From: Mobula hypostoma
Lineage: Eukaryota
Assembly: GCF_963921235.1 (NCBI RefSeq)
Contig: NC_086097.1
Location: 249,862,001 to 249,926,000 of the forward strand
Length of the DNA stretch: 64,000 nucleotides
Reading direction: 5' to 3'
A model generated the notes under the pieces. It saw only the letters and a program-made list of their open reading frames with translations, had not been told where the DNA came from and made no database searches. Positions within the stretch are counted from its first letter, which is position 1, and each line of letters opens with the position of its first letter. Positions 49,800 to 60,434 of this stretch are shown here, in pieces. A program made the position numbers and the translations under genes.

Positions 49800-52640
49800 C
49801 AGGGGTCCCCAACCTTTTTTGCACTTCGGACTGGTTTAATATTGAGAATATTCTTGCGGACCAGCCGACTGGCGGGGGGGGGGGGGGAGTGGGATGGGGG
49901 AGGTGTTCAAGTAGAATTAAACTCACCTCAACATTGCCAACTTTCTCACTCCCAAATAAGGGACAAAAGTAGCAGTCAAATACTGGACACTTGTGTTTAC
50001 CCCGAGAAAGACTACCATGGCCATGAAGTCTTGCGCGGGCACCTGTGTGTGCATGCGTGACATGCGCATATGTTTTTTTAAATATAATTTTTATTGAGTT
50101 TTCAAAGCAATACATGAGAAAATAATATCTACCCTCCCCCCTCCCCTTAACCCTCCCCCCCCCCGATATATACTCCTACCTAAAGAGAAAAGAAAAAAAG
50201 AACCGCCTGAGTATTGGAAGGTTTGCACATGCTCCATGGGATTAAAAATAAATTTTATATATATTTGTTACTTTCCCCAAGGAACCAAGATCTTCATCAT
50301 CGGAGCTGTAAATAAGGGCTCCAAATATTCAAAAATGTTTCATATTTATCTCTTAAAATCTAAAACATTACTTAGCTTCTCAACTCTCATAGTTCCCTGG
50401 GGAATCTCTTTGAACTTCATCATGTTGCTCTGTGTTTCCCTCCCAATCATACAGGCAAAAAAAGAAAAAAAAGATAGATAAGATACCAAAAAAGAAAAAA
50501 CAAAATACCCCCCCCACTAATGTTGTGAATGAAAAGATACACAACACTAACCCCCTCCATTGTGCGGGCCGTGGCTATTGCCACGCTTGCACACATGAAT
50601 AATGTAGCGATTGGACAGTGTTTCTTCCAGCTCCCCCCGCAACAAAAAATTGTATATATATAAAAAAAAATTAATGTCAATATTCCCAGCTAATATTCCT
50701 CAAATTTTAACCTTTCTTCCCCTCCTTCATATAATTAATAATATATTTATATATTCATCCACCTAAAAATCCAACAGGCCTAATCCTTGATCCAGTCTTC
50801 ATCTCCAATCCATCTTGGTCCCCGGGTTTGTTCTTGTATCTAGTGAATATTCAAAGAATCGCGTACAAACTCCTCCGCTTTCCGGTAATCGTCAAAAAAT
50901 CTTTTTTCTCCACCAGGCAAAAAAATCTTAAAGGTTGCAAGATAACGCAATATAAATTGATAACCGTGATCCCATAGGGCTTTTTTCACTGGATTAAATT
51001 TCTTCCTTTTCTTCAAAAGTTCATAACTTATGTCAAGGTAAAAAAAAAAAATTTTCTTCCTTTCTATCATCAGTGGCCCTTTTCTCTTCTTGGCAGCTCG
51101 GGCAGCCGCTTGTAGAATCCTTTCTTTGTCTTGAAATCTTAAGAATTTTATTAAAATTGATCGTGGATATTGGTCATCTTGTGGTTTTGGTCTTAGAGCT
51201 CTATGTACCCGCTCAATTTCAATTGATCGGTCTTCCTCTTTCATTCGCAAGGTTTTCGGGATCCATCTTTGAAAAAATTCTATTGGATTATCTCCCTCTA
51301 TACCTTCTTTAAGACCAACAATTTTAATATTGTTACGTCTGCTAAAATTTTCCAACACGTCCACTTTATCCAAGAGTCGATTTCTTTCCATATTCCAGAC
51401 AATCACATCATTTTCTGTTTTTTCCAGTCTATTGTTAATATGCTCCATTGTTCTTTCCATCTTCTGAAGTTTCTTATCCATTTTATCCTGGCTTTTCATA
51501 GCACATCTTCACGTCTCTAAGCTCTGTTCTTAATTTTCTTAGTTCAGCTGTTAATTGCAATAAAGCCTCTCTTATGTCTCCATCGTCTCCTTTACTTCCA
51601 GTCTCTTCCAGTTCTTCCTCTTCTTCTTCATCTGTATTCTCTGCGGTATCCAATTCTGACTCTGAGTCACTTTCAGTTGCGGTGGCCGTCGGTTCTTGTA
51701 GTTTAAGTTGTGTCGATTTGCGCATGCGTACTTCTTTGTGCATGCGCAATTCCGGCATCTTCTTCCGAGAGACCGCTACCGCCGCCATTGCTCCCTGTTT
51801 ACTACGCCAGAGATAAAATACATCTCCTCCGAAGGAGATCCAACCTGAATCCGAGGCTCCATCGCTGCAGTAGGTCCTTTTTACTTCCCATCTTGCGGTG
51901 ACTTCACAACAACAGACTTCTTCTGTTGCGGTTTACGAGGCATATCGTAGAGTAGTCTCACGAAGTTTTTAAGTAGTTTTCGGAAAGTATTTATTAACTT
52001 TACTTTGTTTAAACGATACTTTGCTGATTTTTTACGGGAGAGCTGGATTTACACGTCTCCATCCCACGTAATCACGTGACGCCCCCCCCGACATGCGCAT
52101 ATGTGATGTGCGCATGTGTGTACGTGCCGATTTTTTTTTTCCCCCCCACAAATCAATTTTGGCTTAATCTTCCCGACTATACTGTACATACATTATTTCT
52201 ACTTTATATAGGCTGTGTATTTATCATATCATTCCTGCTTTTACTATATGTTAGTGTTATTTTAGGTTTTATGTCTTATTTGGTATGATTTGGTAGGTTA
52301 CTTTTTGGGTCTGGGAACACTCAAAAATTTTTCCCATATTAATAAGTGGTAATTGCTTCTTCGCTTTATGCCATTTGGACACAAAAGGTTTCACAGGAAC
52401 GCTGTACCTTAGTGGGGGAAATACGGGACAAGGGTGGTCCCGTATGCGACAAACCAATTTAGCCCAATATCCGGGATGTTGCGGCTAATACGGGACAGTT
52501 GGCAACCCTATGTTCAAGTTCAACAGTGCGTGACGGGGAATGAGGAAAGGTGCAGCTGATTCATATCGTTTCCTCGCAGCCTGGTAGCACATGCTTTGCG
52601 GCCCGGTACCGGTCCGTGGCCCGGTGGTTGGGGACTGCTG
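49800..52640. mobile_element. hAT-Charlie-type MITE containing the half-L1 insertion
   Basis: TIR CAGGGGTCCCCAACC / GGTTGGGGACTGCTG; interrupts the RT motif; TSD degenerate. Confidence 0.72.
50074..52089 (-). mobile_element. ORF1-only L1 derivative (HAL1-like), about 2.0 kb
   Basis: 15-bp TSD GACATGCGCATATGT at 50059-50073 and 52090-52104. G-run 5' end; L1 ORF1 (LENFSRRNNIKIVGLKEG, IERVHRAL, PRSILIKFLRF); 3'UTR with AATAAA and oligo(A); no ORF2. Confidence 0.85.
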
Positions 52641-53126
52641 CTGTTTATACCCATGACTGTGTGGCTTGGCGTAGCTCAAATACCATCTATAAATTTGCTG
52701 ATGATACAACTATTGTTGGTAAAATCTCAGATGGTGACGAGAGGGCGTAGAGGAGCGAGATATGCCAACTAGTGGAGTGGTGTCGCAGCAGCAACCTGGC
52801 ACTCAATGCCAGTAAGACGAAAGAGCTGTTGTGGACTTCAGGAAGGGTATGGGGTGCGGGTGGGGGGGGGTGCTACTGCACAGGACCGAAAGAAGCTGCA
52901 GAGGGTTGTAAATTTAGTTGGCTTCAATTTGGGTACTAGCCTGCCAAGTACCCAGGACATCTTCAAAGAGCGGTGTCTCAGAAAGGCAGTGTCCATTATT
53001 AAGGACCTCCTGCACCCAGGGCATGCCCTTTTCTCACTGTTCCAATCAGGTAGGAGGTACAGAAGCCTGAAAGGACACACTCCGCGATTCAGGAACAGCT
53101 TCTTCCCCTCTGGATTCCTAAATGGA

Positions 53127-53302
53127 TCGTCCATCGTTGACGTCGATGAGGACCTCGACACCATAATGATGGTGTCGAGACTAGCGCGTGATTTGGATTT
53201 AAGTGAGGGAGAGTTGTGCAGCGTCAGCCTCACTCTCTCTTCCCAATTCCCATCTGGATCCAGTGGCAAGACAGAGTCTAGACGGCTGGAGATGGGACTA
53301 GG
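53127..53302 (-). mobile_element. 5'-truncated copy of the 35211-35765 element
   Basis: Near-identical reverse complement of about 35579-35754. Confidence 0.9.
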
Positions 53303-54971
53303 GATCCCGCTACATTACCCACCCTTTTTTTATGGTTCTGTTAGTACAACTATGTCAGGCTGTTGCTTAACTAGTCTGTGAGACAGCTCTCCCAGCTTTG
53401 GCACAAGTCCCTAGATGTTAGTAAGGAGGACTTTGCCCCGGGGTCGACGGGGCTGGTTTTGCCACTGTCATCCGGGTTCATTCCTTATTATTTTCTTTTT
53501 ATTGGTTAGATACAACTGAATGGCTTGCTGGGCCATTTCAGAGGGCATTTAAGACTCAACCACATTGCTGTGGGTCTGGAGTCACAAATAGGCCAGACCA
53601 GGTAAGGGTGGCAGGATTCCTGTCCTGAAGGATATCAGTGAACTATCCTGGGCCCAACATATCAATGCAGTTACAAAGAAGGCACAATAGCGGCTACATT
53701 TCATTTGGAGTTTGAGGAGATTTGAGGAGATGCCTGAAAACGTGCGAAAAGCTCGACAGGAATTGGACAATATTTGAGAACAAAACGAAGTTAACTTCAG
53801 ATCACAAGTGGTTGTGCAGGTGCTGGAAATCTACAAAATGCTGGTGAAACTCAGCAGCAAAGGCAGCATCCATTAGAAAGGAATAAAATCCCAGCACTTT
53901 CAGAGAGGAGAGTGGACCATGGGATAAAAGGAAGGAGGAGGGACACATGAGGAGAAGAGAAGGGGTAAGAGGGGAGCCAGAATGGCTTTCCCCATTTTCA
54001 GATTGATAACTTGGGGTGTGTGTGAGAGAGAGAGAATCCATACCCCTTCCATCCATGTACTGTCCAAAGTTGAAACTGAACCTGCATTCACCACTTCCAC
54101 TGGAAGCTCATTACTCATGCTCACCACTTTCTTGGGCATATTCCACTTTCTTGGGTGCATTCCTTAATACCCAGTTCTCTCAATTTATAAAAGCTTGTGT
54201 TAGCAAATAAAGTCTGAATTATTTCTATTTGTGTTCATGGGAATTTGAATATAAAGAAATGGTGTAGGTTTTTTAAAAAAAGAAGTTCATGCACAACCTT
54301 ATGCAAGCAAGCAACATGAGATTCTGCAGATGTTGGAAATGTTGAGAAACACACACGCAATGCTGGAGGGGCACAGGAGGTCAGGCAGCATCTATGGAGA
54401 GGAATAAACAGTCAAAGTTTTGGGCTGAGGCCCTTCAGGAATGAAAAGGAAGGGGGCAGAAGACAGACTACGGAAGGGGGTGAATTCTGGCTTCAGACCC
54501 CTTTCTTTCCAGTTACGATAAAGGATCTCGGTCTGAAATGTTACTGCTTATTTCCCTCCACGATGCTGCCTGACCCGCTGAATTCTTTCAGCGTTTTGTG
54601 TATGTTGCTTATACAAGCAAAGCCAGTAATTTTTTGCTATTCCTAGACTGCCTTGACAAAGTGGTGTCTTCCTGAGCGGCTGACACCTAAAAGGCTGCCA
54701 CATTGCTGTGGATGTATGTTGGTAAAGGCTGCGGGCTTTCTGTCTTGTAGGACAGTTCTAAATGAATTGGTTTTATACAGTAGTTTAAATGAGTAATGTG
54801 TTTAATTAATTGAACTGAGTTTAATCTTCCATCTAGAGCTTTGAACTCTTAATGGATTAATTAACTGAGATTACATATATTAATAATTCAAAGATAGCCA
54901 ACCCCTTTCTTTAAGAAAGAAATTCAAATGCTATACAGTGCTTTTAATTTTCTGTGTTGTAATTGATACAG

Positions 54972-55106
54972 ATTTTTGGTTTTGCTAAAAGCTACTGGGA
55001 GTTGAAGAGATCACGGCCCAAACTGAGGAAATTGAAGAAACTACTAATGGAAAACCCGTACAATGGACCATCTGGTGAGAACGAAAGAAATTTGGAATAT
55101 CCAAAG
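54972..55106 (+). CDS. DSCC1: DSCC1 coding exon 3
   Basis: CAG acceptor; IFGFAKSYWELKRSRPKLRKLKKLLMENPYNGPSGENERNLEYPK; donor GTATTA. 135 nt, phase 0. This frame is not in the ORF track. Confidence 0.94.
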
Positions 55107-55349
55107 GTATTATGTTCAAAGTTTTAAGTTAAGTTTATTATCAAAATACATACAGTGCCTATTACAAAGTATTCACCCCACCTTGGAAGTTTTCATGTTT
55201 TATTGTTTTACAACGTTGAATCGCAGTGGATTTAATTTGGCTTTTTTGACTCTGATCAACAGAAAAAGACTCCTTCATGTCAAAGTGAAAAAAGATTCCT
55301 AAAAGGTGATCTAAATTAATTACAAATATTTGCTTTCTGCAAGGATTGT

Positions 55350-56757
55350 TCACTATGTGACTCCCTTGTCCATTTCTTACATCCTTCACTTGCATGAGTA
55401 AAAATCTTTACATTATGTCTCTGTCTAAACGTGCAATGTGCAATCATAGTAATTTATAATACATAGAACAGTCAATGTAACATAGAAATGTACTCAAATC
55501 AGCATGAGTTAATCAGTCTGATGGCCTGGTTGAAGAAACTGTCCCGGAACCTGTTGGTCCTGGCTTTTATGCTGCGGTACCATATCCCGATGGTAGCAGC
55601 TGGAACAGTTTGTGGTTGGGGGTGACTTGGGCCCCCAATGATCCTTTGGGCCCTTTTCTCACACCTGTCTTTGTAAATGTCCTGAATCATGGGACGTTCA
55701 TAACTACAGATGCGCTGGGCTGTCCACACCACTCCCTGCAGAATCCTGTGATTAAGGAGGTACCAGGCAGTGATGCAGCCAGTCAGGATGCTCTCAATTG
55801 TGCCCCTGTAGAAAGTTGTTGGAATCTGGGGGCCTATACCAAACTTCTTCAACTGTCTAAGGTGAAAGAGGCACTGTTGTGCCTTTTTCACCACATAGCT
55901 GGTGTGTACAGACCACGTGAGGTCCTCGATGATGTGGAGGAACTTAAAGCTGTTTACCTCTTGACCCCAGATCCATTGATGTCAATAGGGGTTAGCTCAT
56001 CTCCATTCCACCTGTAACCAGCTCCTTTGTTTTTGCGACATTGAGGGAGAGGTTGTTTTCTTGACACCACTGTGTCAGAGAGATGACTTCATCCCTGTAA
56101 GCCACATCGTTATTGTTTGAGATAAGGCCAATCAATGTACTGTTGTTGGCAAATTTAATTAGCAGATTGGAGCTATGGGTGGCGACACAGTCATGGGTAT
56201 ACAGGGTGTAAAAGAGGGGACTCAGTACACAGCCCTGAGGGGCTCCTGTGTTGAGAGTCAGAGGGATGGAGGTGAAGGAGTCCACTCTTACCACCTGCCA
56301 TCTGATAGGAAGTCTAGGATCCAGATGCACAAGGCATGGTCAAGGCTGAGGTCTCTGAGCTTCTTGTCGAGCCTGGATGGAATTATGGTGTTGAATACTG
56401 AATTGTAGTCCAAGAACAGCATTCTCAGATAAGCATCCTTCTTCTCCAGATGTGTAAGGCTGTTATGTAGAGCAATGGCTATTGTGTCGTCTTGTCGGTT
56501 GGTTGTGTCAGTTGGCGAATTGTAGGGGGTCCAGTTTGGGTGGTAGCAAGCTGCAGATGTAGTCCTTGACCAGCCTCTCAAAGCATTTGCTTATGATTGA
56601 GGTGAGTGTGACAGGACGCCAGTCGTTCAGGCATGTTACCTTGGTCTTGTTTGGTGCATGGACAATGGTGGATAATTTAAAGCAGGAGGGCACTCTACAC
56701 GGGGAGAGGGAGAGATTAAAAACGTCAGTAAACACACCTGCCAGTTGTGCTGCGCAC
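55350..56757 (-). mobile_element. Rex1/Babar-like LINE RT and 3' end
   Basis: [31 protein letters not shown] and FYRGTIESILTGCITAWY. Confidence 0.82.
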
Positions 56758-56759
56758 AT

Positions 56760-57662
56760 CCTTACAACCCCACTGATCTCCCTCCTGGCACTTATTCTTG
56801 CAAGCAGAACAAGTGCCGCACCTGCCTCTACATCTCCTCCTTCACTACCATTCAGGGCCCTAAACAGTCCATACAGGTGAGGCGACGCTTCACCTGTGAG
56901 TCTGTTGGGGTCATATACTGTGTCCGGTGCTCCCGGTGTGGCCTCTAGTATGTCGGTGAGACCCAACATAATTTGGGAGACTGCTTAGCCGAGCACCTAC
57001 ACTCCGTCTTCCAGAAGAGGCGGGATCTCCCAGTGGCCACCCATTTTAATTCCACTTCCCATTCCCATTCCGGTATGTCAATCCATGACCACCTCCACTG
57101 TCATGATGAGGCCACACTCAGGTTGGAGATACAACACCTTAAATTCTGTCTGGGTAGCCTCCACTGAAACAAACATTGACTTTTCGAACTTCTGGTAATG
57201 CCCCCGCTCCCCCTCTTGTGCTCCACCCCCCTTTTCTTCCATGGCCTTATGTCTCTTTCACTAATCAACTTGCCAGCTCTTTACTTTATCCTTCCCTCTT
57301 CAGGTTTCAACTATCACCTTGTGTTCTCCCCCTCTCTCCCCCTCTCTCCCCCTCTCTCCCCCTCTCTCCCCTTCTCTCCCCTTCTCTCCCCCTCTCTCCC
57401 CCTCTCTCCCCCTCTCTCCCCCTCTCTCCCCCTCTCTCCCCCTCTCTCCCCCTCTCTCCCCCTCTCTCCCCCTCTCTCCCCCTCTCTCCCCCTCTCTCCC
57501 CCTCTCTCCCCCTCTCTCCCCCCTCCCCCCACCTTTTCAAATCTATTCCTCAGATTTTTTCCTCCAGACCTGCCGAAGGATCTCTGCCTGAAACATCGAC
57601 TGTACTCTTCCATGAATGCTGCCTGACCTGCTGAGTTCCTCCAGCATTTCGTGTGTGTTATT
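56760..57662 (+). mobile_element. Penelope-like GIY-YIG and pLTR fragment
   Basis: C..KCRTC...[24 protein letters not shown]; pLTR tail with a mutated hammerhead (CTGCCGA). Confidence 0.8.
57325..57522. repeat. 10-bp tandem repeat (CCCCCTCTCT)n, about 19-20 units
   Basis: Directly visible and nearly perfect. Confidence 0.95.
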
Positions 57663-60434
57663 TGATAAAACACAAAATAATTGATTGCATTAGTATTCAC
57701 ACGTTTCAGGCCAGTATTTAGTAGATGTACCTTTGGCAGTTATTATAGCCTTGTCTCTGTGTCGATAGGTCTCTATCAGCTTTGCACATCTGGGCATTGC
57801 AATTTTCCTCCATTCTTCTTTACAACACTGCTCAAGCTCTGGCAGTTTGCGTGGGAATTGTGAGTGAACAGCCCATTTCAAGTCACAAATTCTCAATTGG
57901 ATTCAGGTCTGGACTCTGACTTGACCACTCCAGCTCATTAATGATGTTGTTTTTAAGCCATTCCTGTGTAGTTTTGGCTTTATGCTTGGGGTCATTGTCC
58001 TGCTGGAAAACAAATCTTCTCCCAAATCACAGTTCTCTTGTAGACTGCATCAGGTTTTCCTCCCAATTTCCCTGTATTTTGCTGCATTCATTTTACCCTG
58101 TACCCTCACAAGCCTTCCAGAGTCTGCTGCAGTGAAGTATCACCACAACATGATGTAGGCATCACCATTCTTCACGGTAGGGATGGTGTGTGTTTGATGT
58201 TATGTGGTGTTTGACTTATGCCAAACATTGTGTTTATCTGATGGCCAAGAATCTCAATTTTCAAGAATCAGACCATAGAACCTTCTTCCAGCTGACGTCA
58301 GGGTCTTCCACATGCTTTCAGGGAAACTCTTAGCCAAGATTTCATCTGAAAATTTCAACAGCGGCTTTCTCTTTGCCACTCTCCAATAAAGCTGCAATTG
58401 GTGAAGCACCAGTTGTTTGTGCAGTCTCTTCCATCTCAGCCACTGAAGCTCGTAACTCCTCCAGAGCTGTCATTGGTCTCTTGGTGGCCTCCCTCACTAG
58501 TCTCCTCTTTGCACGGCCAGTCAGTTTTTGAGGATGGCCTGTTCCGGGCAGTTTTATAGCTCTGTCATATTCTTTCCATTTCTTGACGATTGAATTAAAT
58601 GTACTCTAAGGGATACTCGGTGTCTTTGAAATTTTCGTCTCCTGACTTGTGCTTTTCAATAACCTTTTCACGGAGTTCTTTTGTCTTCATGGTATAGGAT
58701 ACTGACTCATCAGCAGTTGAACCTTCCAGGTATGGGTGTAGTTTTACTACCATCAATTGAAACACTTTGACTGCACACAGGTCTCCACAAACAGATCTCT
58801 ATCTAATTATGTGACTTCTAAAACTAATTACCTGCACCAGTGATGATTTGATGTGTCATATTAAAGGGGGTGAATACTTACGCAATCAATTATTTTGTGT
58901 TTTATATTTGTAGTTAATTTAGATCACTTTGTAGAGATCTGTTTTCACTTTGACACAAAAAAGTTTTTCTATTATAAAAAACAAATTAAATCCATGTGAT
59001 TCAATGTTGTAAAACAATAAAACATGATAACTTCCTGGGGGTGGGGGGAGGGAGGGTGAATATATTTTATAGACACTGTATATGTCACGATATACAACCG
59101 TGAGATTCATTTTCTTATGGGCATCCTCAATATAACCCTAATAAAATCAATGAAAGACCCATCCAATTGGGTGGACAGCCAGTGTGCAAAAGACAACGAA
59201 TTGTGCAAATACGAAAGGAAAAAAAACATAAGATGAAGAGTCCTTGTAAGTGAGTCCATTGATTGTGGATAGCTGTTAAGTATATTAATTCTTTAAAATA
59301 TGTAATATATTTGACATCTGAATTTCTGAAGTGTATCCGGTTCATGTCTCTGTTGTTGAGGTCAGACGTAGTGGCTCTCAACAGCTTGGTTTGAGATTGG
59401 CTCTCTGTATATCCGGCTTCTCCAGGTCCAGGCGGATGAGGCTAGGAGAGGGGCAAAACCGCTGAGCCATTGATTCTCCTTAAGTCAAATGTGCAAAGGC
59501 CACACAACATGAACTTTCATCGACCTAGGGAATTTAATAATTTTTTTCTGTTTTGTTATAAAATTAGAATTCTAAGAAGTGCAATTATACTGGAAGGTCT
59601 CAAACCTTATTTCCAGCTACTTCCCACCCTCAGTGTTTTTTCTCTAAGATCAAAGCCATTGTTATTTTAGCCATGCAGACGTAATCAGCTCTATCATTGT
59701 AACTTTGCACAGCCACTGACTAGAACATGGAACACAGCAGCACAGTACACAATTTAACCTGGTCTAAACTTTCCTTCCTATATAGTTCATTTTTAAAAAA
59801 TCATCCATGTGTCTGTCAATGAGTCTGTTCAATGTTCCTAACGTATCTGCCTCTACCATCAGCCTGGTAGCATGTTCCACCCATCCACCATGCTCTGTGT
59901 TTTTAAAAAAAACCTACCTCTGACATCCCCCCTATACTTTACTCCCATCAAAAAATCCTGCCCCCTGCCGTTGCCAATTAACTGGACTCTGAAAACTCAC
60001 ACTGGCCCCTGTCACCACACAGTTATGAATTCCAAGCAGAGAAATGCATTTTTATACAGAACTGACTAGTAGTTACGGATATTGACCATTTGGTAAACTG
60101 GGTATGTCTGAATTTTGTTACTTGCAAGATCAACCGCTGTTCACAATAGAGGTGTTATAAGTCAATCTGCAAGCTGACAATCGATGACCCTTTGAAGTTA
60201 GTAAAGCAAAAGTTCGTAAAGCAAAAGTTGGTGTGTGTGTTTGAATCCTGTCGTTACATTCTTATCATGTCTCCAGTAAGTGTAATCTGCTGTGCAAAGG
60301 GTAGTTATGCCTTTCTTGCCTGGGCTGGCTGCACTCTGGAGCAACACACAAATAGTGGAGGGACTTACCAGGTCAGGCAGCATCTATGGAAATGAATAAA
60401 AAACCGATGTTTTTGGCCAAGACTCTTCACCAGG

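Larger units (their letters stand above)
48245..53120 (+). mobile_element. Rex1/Babar-like LINE (EN to RT to 3' region) interrupted by a hAT MITE
   Basis: AVYIP, GDINQA, SDHLAV and [24 protein letters not shown] breaks at 49799 and resumes as THDCVA...KFADDTT after 52640. Confidence 0.82.
55153..59078 (-). mobile_element. Second Tc1-like transposon (different family); left TIR split by a 2.3-kb retroelement insert
   Basis: TA|CAGTGCCTATTACAAAGTATTCACCCC ... GGGTGAATATATTTTATAGACACTG|TA. Degraded transposase on the minus strand at about 57690-58690 (LKWAVH...ELEQCCKEEWRKI...AKGTSTKY). Confidence 0.85.

Noticed and set aside
53127..53185. GATGA-containing hairpin as a possible hammerhead
   Set aside because: It lacks the CTGANGA and GAAA core; it is the antisense of the RTE-type 3' stem-loops.
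57176..57700. Repetitive LSP/GER ORFs and CRISPR-like periodicity
   Set aside because: Translations of a 10-bp tandem repeat; no spacers, no cas genes, eukaryotic DNA.
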